A DNA stretch of 64,000 nt from Paraphysomonas bandaiensis (Eukaryota; Protista; Chrysophyceae), in contig CBFFRP010000169.1 in the NCBI GenBank assembly GCA_965644295.1, positions 186,001 through 250,000 of the forward strand, in the 5' to 3' direction. Position numbers and translations under genes: made by a program. This document shows, piece after piece, positions 25,177 to 37,969 of this stretch; position 1 is the stretch's first letter; each line of letters opens with the position of its first letter. The notes under the pieces are model-generated. The model had not been told where the DNA came from, ran no database searches, and was given only the letters and a program-made list of their open reading frames with translations.

Positions 25177-26181
25177 TTACTTGAGTATATGGTGAATCAG
25201 ACAACGGAAAGCTTTCTTGTCGGCCTTCGATTTTCCTCGAAAAAGGTTCCAAACTGTGGCTTCGATAATGTCAGCTTTAGCATGATCGCTGTCACTGTCT
25301 TGAAGCCAATTCGACTCACCAAAAACATCATAAACTGCTGAGAATTTTGTGTTTGTGCAAGCATTAGTCACGGATGTCTGAACATCGCTGCTTTTTTTCT
25401 TCACCTCGTTGACAGCAAGCAGAAGATAGATTAACCTATCGCCGCAAAATTTAGAGGTAGAATAAGCGTCAAGATCTGGTGCACGTTGATCATTTCTGCT
25501 GTTGATCGTTATCTTCATGGCATCTTTCACAAGACTCTTTGCGTTTTCTTTTGGACTAGTACACAGATCACTGACCACATCGCCATAGCTTCTCTTTTCT
25601 TTGGTCGTTGCCTTTTGTTTGGCCTTTTGCTTGGCCTTTTGCTTTGGCTTTACCTGTTGTATGTTGCCAGGAGAACGGCCTGGGGACCACAATTCATTGT
25701 TAGCACTGGAAAGAGCACTTTTGACTTCTTCCAAGGTTTGGACATTTCTGCAGTGTACGGCATCTTTCAATGCGTTTTCTATATCTGGATACTCAGAACC
25801 TGAGCTCTGAGGCCAATACACAATCACCTCTGCTGGTGCCTTAAAAAGAGTACTGACAGTTGAGGCAAACACATCGAACCACGTTGTAAAGCGCCGGGAA
25901 AGGGGATTACATACAAGTACAATAGCCGCCTTTGTGACGTTATCTCTCTTCAAAGCATTGCTCAGTTGTTCAGTGGAGCTGCTATGGTTCTTTGAGTCAA
26001 GCCCAACCGTATCATAATACGTATAACTGTCATCAGCAAACGTGTTAACTTTTTCTGTTCCGTCTTTGAACGGATCACTTGAGACATTAGCAGCAGTACT
26101 CACACCAGTGCACTCGTTGATAAACGTGCTTTTGCCTACACCAGCAGCACCAAGAACGATCACAGCAGTATTAGAGCTCAT
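25177..26181 (-). CDS. AIG1/TRAFAC-like P-loop GTPase fused to a C-terminal RNase III-like domain
   Basis: G1 GAAGVGKS, G2 Thr (DGTE), G3 DTVG; basic linker (KQKA)x3; RNase III-like motifs SKFCGDRLI, CTNTKFS and HAKADIIEATVW; intronless, 334 aa. Confidence 0.75.
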   Translation of the reverse strand: MSSNTAVIVLGAAGVGKSTFINECTGVSTAANVSSDPFKDGTEKVNTFADDSYTYYDTVGLDSKNHSSSTEQLSNALKRDNVTKAAIVLVCNPLSRRFTTWFDVFASTVSTLFKAPAEVIVYWPQSSGSEYPDIENALKDAVHCRNVQTLEEVKSALSSANNELWSPGRSPGNIQQVKPKQKAKQKAKQKATTKEKRSYGDVVSDLCTSPKENAKSLVKDAMKITINSRNDQRAPDLDAYSTSKFCGDRLIYLLLAVNEVKKKSSDVQTSVTNACTNTKFSAVYDVFGESNWLQDSDSDHAKADIIEATVWNLFRGKSKADKKAFRCLIHHILK

Positions 26182-26632
26182 CCTATTAAGTATGTAATCT
26201 TATATAGATGTCTTATTGAAGGTTTAAATGAGTGGTTTAATATGTTGCATGCATAACAGTGTATATACCTCATGGTTGCATTGAGATCTTGAGATGGATA
26301 TATAGGGACAGTTAGAGGTGAATATTTATATATAGAAAAATACGTAGAAAATCGTACTGATAGAGAGGAGTCTGGATATTCAGACAGCGACACACGCACA
26401 AGCAAATGGGAGACTATGGGGATATATAGCCAATCATATCTCCTGTAACTGTATTGGTGATATATGATTGGACAGATGTGTTTTGTCCTTTTTCTGGATG
26501 ATTAACGTCTGCGGTATGGCGTGATATGCTACAGACTGCTGTGTCCATAGCACAACATCACATACAGTAAGAACAGAACACATATACATATACATACAGC
26601 CAGATACTGAAGACATCAGCCAACATCTGAGC

Positions 26633-27451
26633 GTGATGGACTTCAAGGATAAAGTATGGCACACTGTGCAGTCCATGTATCACTTTATTGAAGCTGAAGG
26701 TACGGACAGAGATATCTTGAAGAGACAAATAGCAAACACTTCATTTTTCACAACATGTAACACAGATCGACCACAAATAAAATCATGTATTTTGACACGA
26801 AAATTGTGCTTTATTGACCTGATTATACCTCATGGCGTGACGCAAATCAGACAGCTATATGACGATGATGTGAATACACGAGAGTTCTATATTAAAGATC
26901 TTGTCTCACTTATGTGGACGGGATCAAAACAAGTTGACAGCAACAACCAGCTTATGGATGATGAACTTATTGCCATATCTGTTCAATGTGAAGAGGCGGT
27001 AATAAAAAAGCGCTGGATACACTTACTAACGACTTTTTATGCCAAAGTAATATTACTTCAACGAAGTCAACATGTCGATAGGCCTCATACTAAACGGAGA
27101 TATGCAGAGAATATGACGAATATTTATATTGGAAGATATTCTTTGGGACATATTGCCGTGAAGGGGAAAACAGTCGGTGATATTATCACTGATTGTGGAC
27201 ATGAGGATACCTTTCCTTCAGGAAGCAAAAAACGAATTATTATTGATGACGGCGTTAAGTATGAGTTAAATACGGTATATATGCCTAAGAAAGACTTTGG
27301 CGATTACAAAGCTGATGTATATTTTACCCCAAAGATGATAACTTGTATTGAAAATCATATTCAGTATCATTTAGGGAATGAAGTAAATTCCACTACCGTT
27401 CTCCATGCCAAGACTGCTGAAACAAAATATTTGGACAAGATGGAATATTAA
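26633..27451 (+). CDS. Hypothetical 272-aa protein divergent from the GTPase-RNase III gene
   Basis: Long intronless ORF with ordinary composition in AT-rich DNA; no family recognised. Confidence 0.6.
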   Translation: MMDFKDKVWHTVQSMYHFIEAEGTDRDILKRQIANTSFFTTCNTDRPQIKSCILTRKLCFIDLIIPHGVTQIRQLYDDDVNTREFYIKDLVSLMWTGSKQVDSNNQLMDDELIAISVQCEEAVIKKRWIHLLTTFYAKVILLQRSQHVDRPHTKRRYAENMTNIYIGRYSLGHIAVKGKTVGDIITDCGHEDTFPSGSKKRIIIDDGVKYELNTVYMPKKDFGDYKADVYFTPKMITCIENHIQYHLGNEVNSTTVLHAKTAETKYLDKMEY

Positions 27452-28544
27452 ATATCAGTGCCTACCAAGAGAAATAACTTGACAGTAACCTTCTACCAAC
27501 TCAAAACTTGCCTCAGTTACAACTTGATATATCTTTCAAATCGCTGTTGTCTCATTTCTCATTTATTGCAACACTAGTAGTAGGAATATTCGCAGCCATT
27601 GCGTGGGATATATGACATTTACCCATATGAAGTTCGTGCGTTTGTACCACAAGAGAAGATATTCCAGCAGTATTCTTTTAGACATTTTGTAAAACAATTT
27701 CTTGCTCTAGTTCTGCCTTTTAGACAAGTGGTTACATGCTAATAAAGTCCTAAAATTACTTGGGTTAAAGGCAAGCCAAAATGTAAATACAAATACTTTA
27801 TGAGTTATTAGACATCCATGGTACATACAAACAAGAGTACTTGTATGAGAATAGATAACATAACTTTATCATGTAAAATTCACCCTAAATTATTGGGAAG
27901 CAAGCTTTCTAAAAGCTCCGGCTACTGATGATTCCGCACACTAGCCTTCCTGTCACCTTCATATGTTGAAGCGTTATATGTATTGCCTGCCAAATGTACC
28001 AGTGTCGAAATGAGCTAATCACATATAAAATTTATATATTTAATCATTACTTCAGCCTCCCATATGGGCTTTTCACCTACCGTAGAGTGAGTTGAAAGGC
28101 TTTTTATTGTATTTCATTAGAATTTAGAAGATGTGTACATATGTATAACACATACTGGTGGTTGGTATAATGGTGGTTGGTATAAGAGTTACATTATATT
28201 CTCTTCATACCTCAAATGATCAGATACCCCTTTGGAGATAGTGAAGCAAATTTCCGGAAGTGGCAACTCATCGCAACAATGTGTATTGTAAATGTTTTTG
28301 CCAAATGTACAGCATGTTAACGTACACGTAATACACTGTCGGAATGGGGAAGCTATATATAAAACACGTATACATAGAAAAAATATACTTATAGTACTAC
28401 ACATTCCTACCATTAAAGGAAAAAAAAGCCAACCAGAATTGCTTTCAAAACACAATAGTTTACTATGAATTTATTGTGAGACCAGGCCAATACAAAAAAA
28501 TTACATTGCATGGGCACTACTAGTGATACAACATATACACCAGT

Positions 28545-29096
28545 CTATCCGATCGTAGTGTATTTATTAGGGTTCTGGCCGTTTCTCTGTGCCAACTCCA
28601 CCGCCATCTGTGTGATGGCACAAGGCGAGAACATGCAACAACAAGAGACCAAGCAATCTTTCAGCATGACATCATCGTCAACGGGTGCCGGTTTCGACGG
28701 TACTGCACCATCTTTAGTGTCTTCACGTAGATACCTGTACCTTATTTGTTGGCGCAGTTGGTAGACATTAGGTGGGAAGAGACAGTCAACTATAGAGCAC
28801 TCGCGATACTCCATAGACGACTTCATAGATGCAAGAGGGACACAAGGGACACAGCAGCTGATGAAGGTGATATCTGCATACTCAGAGAAGACCTTAGGGT
28901 CATAAAGAGACATCCCAAACCCCGGCGAGAGGGAGTTTATGGGGTCAGAGTCAGAGTCTACTGGATCTGTCTGTTGACCCTCTGATTGTGTGGGAGGACG
29001 ACTGCTACTGCCCTTGTTCTCTTCTGAGGGCTGCACTGATACAGGCTCCTCACTCTCGACTAGACTGTCACTCAGTGTGTCGTTTGTAGACATCAT
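28545..29096 (-). CDS. PLAC8-family Cys-rich protein
   Basis: CCVPC, RQQIRYRY and DCLVSCCCMFSPCAITQMAVEL match the PLAC8/DUF614 pattern. Confidence 0.85.
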   Translation of the reverse strand: MMSTNDTLSDSLVESEEPVSVQPSEENKGSSSRPPTQSEGQQTDPVDSDSDPINSLSPGFGMSLYDPKVFSEYADITFISCCVPCVPLASMKSSMEYRECSIVDCLFPPNVYQLRQQIRYRYLREDTKDGAVPSKPAPVDDDVMLKDCLVSCCCMFSPCAITQMAVELAQRNGQNPNKYTTIG

Positions 29097-29181
29097 ATTT
29101 GAAGTAGGAGGGTGTTAATCGTCCCTGGTAATATAAATACCAAACCTCATATCCAACATACCACCATACACTGTATGGTAC

Positions 29182-29670
29182 ACATACCTACCTACCTACC
29201 TACCTACCTACCTACCTACCTACCTACATACCTACCTATACATACCTACATACCTACATACCTACATACCTACATACCTACATACCTACATACCTACATA
29301 CCTACATACCTACATACCTACATACATACATACATACATACATACATACATACATACATACATACATACATACATACATACATACATACATACATACATA
29401 CATACATACATACATACATACATACATACATACATACATACCTACATACATACCTACATACCTACATACCTACATACCTACATACCTACATACCTACATA
29501 CCTACATACCTACATACCTACATACCTACATACCTACATACCTACATACCTACATACATACATACATACATACATACATACATACATACATACATACATA
29601 CATACATACATACATACATACATACATACATACATACATACATACATACATACATACATACATACATACA

Positions 29671-29702
<32 letters not shown>

Positions 29703-29703
29703 C
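29182..29703. repeat. Compound (TACC)n/(TACA)n microsatellite
   Basis: Directly visible; lies between the two divergent PLAC8 genes. Confidence 0.97.
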
Positions 29704-29831
29704 GTATCTGATCTTGCGTATGATTTGTGCGCTGTGTTATTCAGTGGGATGTGCACATAACTTTCTTCTCGTATCATCTGCTCACGTAACTTATATCCAT
29801 ATACAGTTATTCCTTATAGCAGAGTGTCGTC

Positions 29832-31608
29832 ATGATAGGACTCTTCCACCCCCATATGATGGTCAATAGACAGGGAACAGAGACCTTAGATAGACCCACC
29901 AACAACTATGATATGGCGGGTGTCCCAAGAGGCCACTGGTCATCGGGTTTATTCGGGTGTCTGGAGAATATAGTGCCATCCTGTATACTGGCCTTCTGCT
30001 GCACTCCTGTGCTGTGGTCTCAGGTGATCTGCTGCTGCATACAGTGTATGTTATACAGTGTAGAGTGGATGCTATAGAGTGCATATCGTAGAGTGCACAG
30101 TATATAGTGTACAGTGGATGCAATATGCTGTATAGTGGATAGTACATAGAATAGTGTAGAGTGTACATCATATAGTTGATATTTTCTGGTAGATAGTGTA
30201 TTGTGGGCGGTGTATTTTATATGATGTATGTTATATTGTATATAGTGTGATAGTGGATAGTTCATGGGATGGGACATGTGGTGTGGATATGAGTTCACTA
30301 TACGGCTGATGTAGGTGGCTATAAGATCTCAAATACCAGCACTTGTGGACTTAAAGAACTACTCCCATATTTCCCGACGAACTTCCGGGTATGTTTGCAC
30401 GGTTACTTATCCCTAAGATTCAATTTAGTTTGTATAGGTACCACTGCTTGGTTGATTTATATGTCCTATTTATGGTGGTTGGTCTCCTGTTCCTTGCACT
30501 TTGCGTGATATTTTGGGGCGTTCCGTATGTGGGATATTTGTTTCTACTGCTAACACTGTTTACACTGGCTCCATTTTATTATATCCTTGGACACCTCCGA
30601 ACTGCTTTTCGAATGAAGTAAGTAACAAGCTATATGCCTCATTGTAGTACCACGTCACTATATATACCGTCCTAAGGTTCTCGAGTAAGTAAATTCCCTG
30701 CAGGTATTCTATTCCGGGATATTTTCCTGAAGGAGCCGAGGCGTGGGATTGTGTTTTAGACGTAGTTATTGGGATATTCTGTCATCCATGTTCTCTATCT
30801 CAGGTGAATATTGCGCGTGGGTGGGTGTCATATATCATATTACTTTTCTTGGAGTGCTATCTCGTGAATGTTGTATTCAGTATCACAGTGTATATGAGTA
30901 GGTTAATTTGTGGTCTATATCTTTAGCTGCACTATCTACGCGTTATTTCATTTCACATTACTCATGATGCAGTGATTATACTTATATATTATCATCTGCA
31001 TTAAAGGCGCACTGTATGATTTGCTTTTGACATGTACCAGATGGCAAGGCATGTCTTCCAGTACCAGAGATGGGACCCCGAAATCGGCCTTTTTCTCGGG
31101 GACCCTAGTACCCTCCCGCCCCTAGAGGGGGATTTCAGACGCCCGCCTGTGAGTCGATATATTATAGTGGGATATTCTTTAGTTTGATGGATACTTTATT
31201 GATTCAGGAGGCGGATAATGCAGGGTTGGCATGGATCAATGATACTCCCCTACCAGGCAGAGAAGGGTATGGGCAGGTGCGTACCGTTTAAGAGTAGAAT
31301 TTACATTGAGTAGTGCAATGCGATTTTGTAGCACAATTAACATGGTTTTGTTTCTCTGTCTTTTGTTTAGTTGCACTCTTATGTTTAGACGCTTCTTATT
31401 TTCCGTGTTGTGATGTCAGGGGTGGCAGCATAGGCCAGGTGGGGCAGGTTCTTCGCAGCGCTCTCAGCATCCTACATTTGCAACGCCATCCCGTATGGAG
31501 GACAGAGAAGAAGCGCCGCCAGTTGCGCAAGCCGAACGGGTTCACGAGAATCATGGGCATGGTGGAGCAGTGTATGGGGCTGATGGGAAAGTCATTAGAT
31601 CTCACTAG
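29832..31608 (+). CDS. PLAC8-family membrane protein, multi-exon (~7 exons)
   Basis: WSSGLFGC...AFCCTPVLWSQ | VAIRSQIP | TM hairpin...LRTAFRMK | YSIPG...DCVLDVVIGIFCHPCSLSQ | MARHVFQY; GT-AG junctions; stop TAG at 31606-31608. Confidence 0.8.
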
Positions 31609-32017
31609 TTGTTAATGTAGATTAATCCGTCAGTGCAAATTGTAGTACTCACAACGATGTATAAAGTTTTCTTGTTGTATTACATTTCGTAATATTTCTT
31701 GTTATAATATAAGGATGTGAATTGTATTTAAGTTAGCTTAAATTACCTAGCAAAGTAAATTATTTCATAAGTGTTCAAAATATTTTATTTAAAAGCTGTC
31801 AACAAGTACTGTGTGTTGAAATAGTACAGCACTCGATTTAAATTATATACTCTCTACGTGATGCCAAAGTGTCGTGTTTACCTTCTCTCATGTGCCATTC
31901 TGAAATTTTGTATTTTCTTGCTGCCTACAGATATTGACAGCATTTCACACTTCACATGAATATATCAGTTAATGTCAATATTTATATCAATCTACAGTTA
32001 CAATGGTACCAATGATT

Positions 32018-33483
32018 TCACGCTGAATTTCCCACAGCAATAACGACCACAGAAACCATTAATGTACAAAATGAAGCAATATTCCACCGTAAACTTTTCG
32101 ATGAAGAGTCATTGAACTCACCTACACAATTATTCGTTAACTTAATATTTTCAAATTTAAGTGAACAACAATACCGAGCAAGCAGCTCCAGACCTATTGT
32201 TAAATAATGATTCATTAACACACAAATCATAGCATTATAGTCAACGACATATACCTGCCCAGTAGCCACCGTTGTTATCATAATAAGCGGCCAAGCAATG
32301 CCCTCTCCTAATGGCCCCATAAGAGTCTGTGAGTAACCATAAATTATAATGTGCGCCATCCAGACTATGGCCATTAACGCACAAACACAAAGACGAAAAA
32401 ACAGTAATTTCCAAGAGAAGGAAGAGGTGGAACGCTCTAATGATATTTGAAACGAAAATGGGCTCAGCGTTTCGTCATCCTGAGGCTTGTCAAAATCATT
32501 ACTTGCAGATGAACAAACGGTACAAGCATCACCGATATACAGCCTCCATGTACCCTACATTTACAATTATATTCTCCCACAAAGTCATACGAAGTTTACA
32601 GCCATGTAGTCAATGTACGATATTAATACGAGCTACTGTGAAAGCAAGTTTATACCTTTTCAATGAGAAGAAACATAGGGTATATAATATTAGCAACTGC
32701 ACCAAGACAAAAAGCAAGTAGCCATATTGGCTGAGATGAATTCACTGACGATACACCCAAATTTTCTGCCGTACGAACTATTGGGGAACCAAATACAAAT
32801 GCAAATTGAAGCTGAGAAGCAAATATCCCACCTATTATAGCTACTATGACTCCTTTAAATCGATTCCTAAACACCGAATCTTTCTGAGTTTTGCATTGTA
32901 CAGCTGATATACTATTCTGATTCTCATCAATACAAGACGTTATGGAGGCCAAAGTGTTTTCGTTTTTAAGGCTACCAGCGACCGCACTTAAAGCAAATCC
33001 AGCCGATCCAATACATATTCCAACCACTGTCAAACTAAAGGCAGTGGTATGAGACTGATTTAAATGAGAATACAACAAAGGAAGCAATGTCCCCAACACC
33101 AACACAACACCCATAAGCAATGAGGTCCCTATAGCTAATCCCAGTAACTTAACTGCAAGTCCAAACATGAATGAGCCGATTCCCCACATGAGACTAAAGA
33201 CACACACGAGTATAACAACAGAAGGCTTCACGTCTATGTAACATGAGCTCAATGTATGCATATCAATAACACTGAGAGTGTATGTAATGGACAGGAGGAC
33301 AGAGAAGAGTGTGTATATAAGCCATACGTTCTCCCAGTCCCAATAACTACACGTGTATAAGGGACTGGACACTAGACGGACTATACGAGGACAATGAGGT
33401 TTGAGAGGGAGTTGCCATGAGCCATTGCATATGCCTGCGAGGATGCATAGGCTACAGCCGAGTGGGAAAGTATATGTGCTCAT
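32018..33483 (-). CDS. L-rhamnose/H+ symporter RhaT-like (DMT superfamily) transporter, spliced
   Basis: AGICNGSWQLPLK...WDWENVW, LMWGIGSFMFGLAVKLLGLAIG and GIAWPLIM; about 10 hydrophobic segments; likely start MSTYTFP at 33483. Confidence 0.8.
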
Positions 33484-33971
33484 GATATGAGTTGTGGAGT
33501 ATATATACATGGATGAGAGGGTTAGACTGTTAGCTAGCACTGCATCCATAGACGTACAGCAGGACACTGTAGCAGTGTAGCAGTACACACTGCCGTACAT
33601 GTCTACCACATAGTGTACCATTCTACTTTTACACTCCACTGGTACACAAGTACATATCATACCACAACCATCCTCCACTGCACATATGATACGAACTGAA
33701 AATATTAAACTTGACCTCTAAAGATCCTCAACTCAACCTAATCGAATTGTTTTTGTATATGACAAGTCAGGTAGGGTCTCTCTCGTCTGTTGGTGTACCC
33801 ATATACATATATATATACAGGTGTAGGCTGAGGTTAGTATATATATCACTATATCACATAACTTTATGCAAACATATATATACATTGCAGACCAATTCCT
33901 TCCCTCTGCGTATATACCCTCAACCGGAAGTGCATTCCCCTTCCACTGATAGTTAGATAATAGTAAATCAG

Positions 33972-36129
33972 ATGTTACAAGCCGCATATTTAGTCATACT
34001 CTCTTCACTGAGTCTCACCAGTGGCTTTTATCTGCCTGGTGTGGCCCCTCATAACTTTTACGCAGGGGAACCTGTGGAACTAAAGGTCAACAAGCTCAGG
34101 TATATATTTCAATACAAATAACTGATTCATTATTAAGTTTATATGTATGTATATGTATGTAGCTCTGTACGCACTCAACTGCCATATGATTACTACTCTC
34201 TTAAGTACTGTAAGCCCACTGAAGGTGTGCAATCAGAGTCAGAGAACTTAGGAGAGTTCTTACGAGGAGATCGTATAGAGAATTCTCCTTATAAGGTATT
34301 TATCGTTAATATGAGTAGGTTTTAGTGCTAATTAATATGCTCAGATTGAAATGCTCGAAGAAGAGTTTTGCAAAGTTGTGTGTCAGGTGTCTCTGTCGAA
34401 TGCTGATGTTGGCACTTTTAAGAAGACTATCAAGAATGCTTACCACAACAACTGGATTGTTGACAACCTTCCCGCCGCCTCTATACTTGATTCGGATCAT
34501 TTTATCACCACTCAATACGTTGGGTTCCCCGTAGGATATAAGGAGGCCAACACGTACTACCTATACAATCATGTCAACATTGTATTGGAATATTCTACGG
34601 TTGAAGAAGATGGACATCGCATTGTAGGGTTCTACGTCGAGCCACTTTCCATCAAGCATCGTTTTGTGGGTGGGAAACTTTGGGATGGCCGTGGAGAGCC
34701 ACCATCTCTTGCGGCATGTCGGGATGGCGAGCATCTAGAGTTCGATAGTAACCGAGACGCTCAGAGGGTCGAGTCTGGGGCTTTGGTTTACACTTACGAC
34801 GTTGAGTGGCGCGAGAGCTCTGTTCAGTGGGCGAGTCGTTGGGACGTGTATCTCTCACAGAACAATGCCGTATCGGACCGTGTTCATTGGTTTAGCATTG
34901 TCAACTCTGTGCTTATCGTAATGTTTTTGGCATTTATGGTAGCCATGATCCTTGTACGCACTCTTAACCGGGATATCAGCAAGTATAACAGAGTCATGAC
35001 GGATGAAGAGAAGGCTGACCAGGCAGAGGAGACTGGATGGAAGCTTGTACATGCTGACGTTTTCCGTCCCCCAACTCAATACCCAATGTTGTTCTGTATA
35101 TTTGCTGGTACTGGGATGCAGATGTTTGTATGTGCGCTATTTTTGATCGTCTTTGCTGCGGTGGGATTTTTGTCTCCTGCTAACCGCGGATCTCTAATGA
35201 TTGCTCTGCTACTAATTTTTGTGTTGCTGGGCTCCTTGGCTGGTTTTACGTCAGCACGGCTGTATAAGACTTTTAAAGGCAAGCAATGGCAACGTTGCAC
35301 CTTGTTGACTGCCACTCTATTCCCGGGCATCTGTTTCACTGTGTTTTTTATCCTTAATGCTGTTGTGTGGTCTTACGGATCAACCGGTGCAATCCCAGTT
35401 CTCTCTATGTTGGCTATTCTAACACTCTGGTTTGGCATTTCTGTCCCGCTTGTGTTCATTGGGGCATATTTCGGATACAAAAAGGATGCACTCACGTTCC
35501 CTGTGGTGACTTCTAATATCCCTCGCCAAATTCCTACACAACCGTGGTTCCTTGAGACTACTCTTACAACACTTCTGGGTGGTGTCTTGCCATTTGGTGC
35601 ATGCTTCGTGGAGATGTTCTTTATCATGTCATCTGTTTGGATGGATCAGTACTACTACGTGTTCGGTTTCCTGTTGCTGTCATTCATCATTCTTACTATC
35701 ACATGTGCAGAAGTCACTATTGTTCTCTGCTACTTCCAACTGTGTGCAGAGGATTACCGATGGTGGTGGCGGTCGATGATGACATCCGGGTCAACCGCGC
35801 TGTATGTATTTCTCTATGCCTGCTTCTATTTCTACAGGCTGGAGAGCAACATGACTGTCACCTACTTTCTGTACTTCGGATACATGGGTATCATTTCGCT
35901 GGGTACTTTTCTGATCACAGGTAAGATGTACTGGTGTATGCTATTAACTGCTACAAATTTCTGTTAAAATACGCTGCCCTGCATGCGCATACTGTAATGT
36001 TTGTGTAATGTCATAACCTTGTTCAATGAATTATGATTTATTGGCTGATATATATTTTTAGGTGCAATCGGATTCTTCGCAGCTCTTTACTTTACTTATA
36101 GTATCTACGGGTCCATCAAAGTTGACTAA
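33972..36129 (+). CDS. TM9SF: Nonaspanin / transmembrane 9 superfamily protein (EMP70, TM9SF2/4-type)
   Basis: Signal peptide plus FYLPGVAP, ENLGEFLRGDRIENSPY, HWFSIVNS, EETGWKLVHADVFRPP, EDYRWWWRS and C-terminal SIKVD*; three short introns. Confidence 0.97.
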
Positions 36130-36714
36130 ACTATCGATCACATCGTTTCAAGCCAGTTCCTGTGAATTGTGATGCAGGAACGTTAATTCGAGTTGTGTCT
36201 TGTAGCTATTTGATTAGAAACTGGTTTAGAATGTAGAGTGATCAATGATATCATTTCGGAGTTACATTGAGAGTTTAATTAAACTATTTCTTCCTGTCAG
36301 TTAAAAGCGAGTATTTTATCCTTTACTGAAGAAAGAAAATTGCAATATATAATTAAATATGTCATCTTAAGGCGGCCTCATTGCTACTTGATGCATACTT
36401 GATATTAAGTAATTGAACTTGAATATACAACACATTCTCAATTCATTAAAATTGTGATAACATCTCTCATCATTCAACGATATTCGCTAAGCCTATGTCA
36501 TCACAATCTTGAATAGCGACAAGGGAAGAAAGAGCAATCAGATCCAATTAAGTAACGTTGTGTGTGAGAGTATAAAAAGTATACCCCTTTTGGGGTATTC
36601 GTACATAAATTTCAGAGTTATTATCTGCTCCTAAAATCCATAAAAAATTATAATTAATATCAGCTCACATTCCAGCAATGCCACATTCATGTTTCACGTA
36701 ACATTAAAGTATAG

Positions 36715-37530
36715 CTAGGGACGGAGCTGAACTGTAACATCACATGTATCGTTATCATCCCCAGTCCAGTTAGTAAACCTGGCTGTTAGTCTATCTCTAG
36801 ATTTGACATTTCGAGATAGAGCTATGGCCCCTGTCATTACTACTTGGCCTTTATGTAACATCTTATTCCTTTCGTTAAGTGAATTCGCCAACCAGGCTAA
36901 GGCCTGCAATGGGTTACCCAACACATCAGACCCAAATCCCGATGATACTAGATCATCGTTAATTAAAATATCAGCCCTCAACTTAGAGAGTGTATCAAAA
37001 CCACCAAGTAGTTTGTCTCTGCTGCAACTCTGGGACCCAAGTATAACACAACCATTCATTGCAAAATCAGCCACAGTGCCAGGGGCGGGTAAGGGAGATG
37101 TTGTAATCCGTGCTGAAGCTAATTCAATCGCTGGAGTTATACACTCTATTCGTTTTAAAACATCTTCTGCAGTATATCCCTTTTTAATAGGAGGGAAACT
37201 ATCAGATAAAACAATTGCAATCTCCGCCTCAACGGCTTTAAATACAGGTCCCAAAGAGGACATAGACACATCACTGCCCTCATGTATTGACCGTTCAAAT
37301 AACGGACCATAAAACGGACCAAATCCAAGAGTTTTTTGAACTGCGCTACTTGTAGCTGCTATCTTCCATCCACAATGATCTCCCAGTAGACTCTTATCGC
37401 TGATAAGGATCATCTCATCGTGTGTTTTATATGCATCTGAGAGGGATAAGAGACCCTCTGGTAACTCCACTGGAATAGCAGAGGCTCTTGCATGAAGGAG
37501 GGATCTTGCTGCGGTGTGGAGGAGAGACAT
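36715..37530 (-). CDS. FAH-superfamily 2-keto-4-pentenoate hydratase-like protein
   Basis: GWKIAATS, VEAEIA, PAIELASAR, VADFAMNG, VLGNPLQALAWLANSL and GQVVMTGA (MhpD/HpaH type); likely start MSLLHTAA. Confidence 0.88.
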   Translation of the reverse strand: MSLLHTAARSLLHARASAIPVELPEGLLSLSDAYKTHDEMILISDKSLLGDHCGWKIAATSSAVQKTLGFGPFYGPLFERSIHEGSDVSMSSLGPVFKAVEAEIAIVLSDSFPPIKKGYTAEDVLKRIECITPAIELASARITTSPLPAPGTVADFAMNGCVILGSQSCSRDKLLGGFDTLSKLRADILINDDLVSSGFGSDVLGNPLQALAWLANSLNERNKMLHKGQVVMTGAIALSRNVKSRDRLTARFTNWTGDDNDTCDVTVQLRP

Positions 37531-37969
37531 ATGGCGAGGTATACTTAATATGAGAAGGACTGTGATGGTTACTATCAGATCATGTACTGAGGAGCGAGTG
37601 CTGCACTGGTGTACTGGTGTACTGGTGTACATACTGGACAAAATAGAGAAGTACAGTATCGAGTACTGCGAAAGTACTGGGGTACAGCAGTCGAAGTGTA
37701 CTTGTGTGGTACAGAGCAGTACATGTACGGCAGTACCGAAGAGTATAGGAGTACAGAGCAGTGTATCTGCAGTACCAAGTAGTACAGAGCAGTACAGTGT
37801 ATAACAGTACTGTAGTACAGCAGCAGAACAGAGTAGCCGAGCACAGAATACAAGTAGCTTTACTTAAAGGATCTGAGGACACACTTCCCTGTACAATAAT
37901 GCACTTCACTCCTCCTTCACACAATATCCATCTCATCCTTCCCTGTAAGTATACGTGAATTATACTAAC

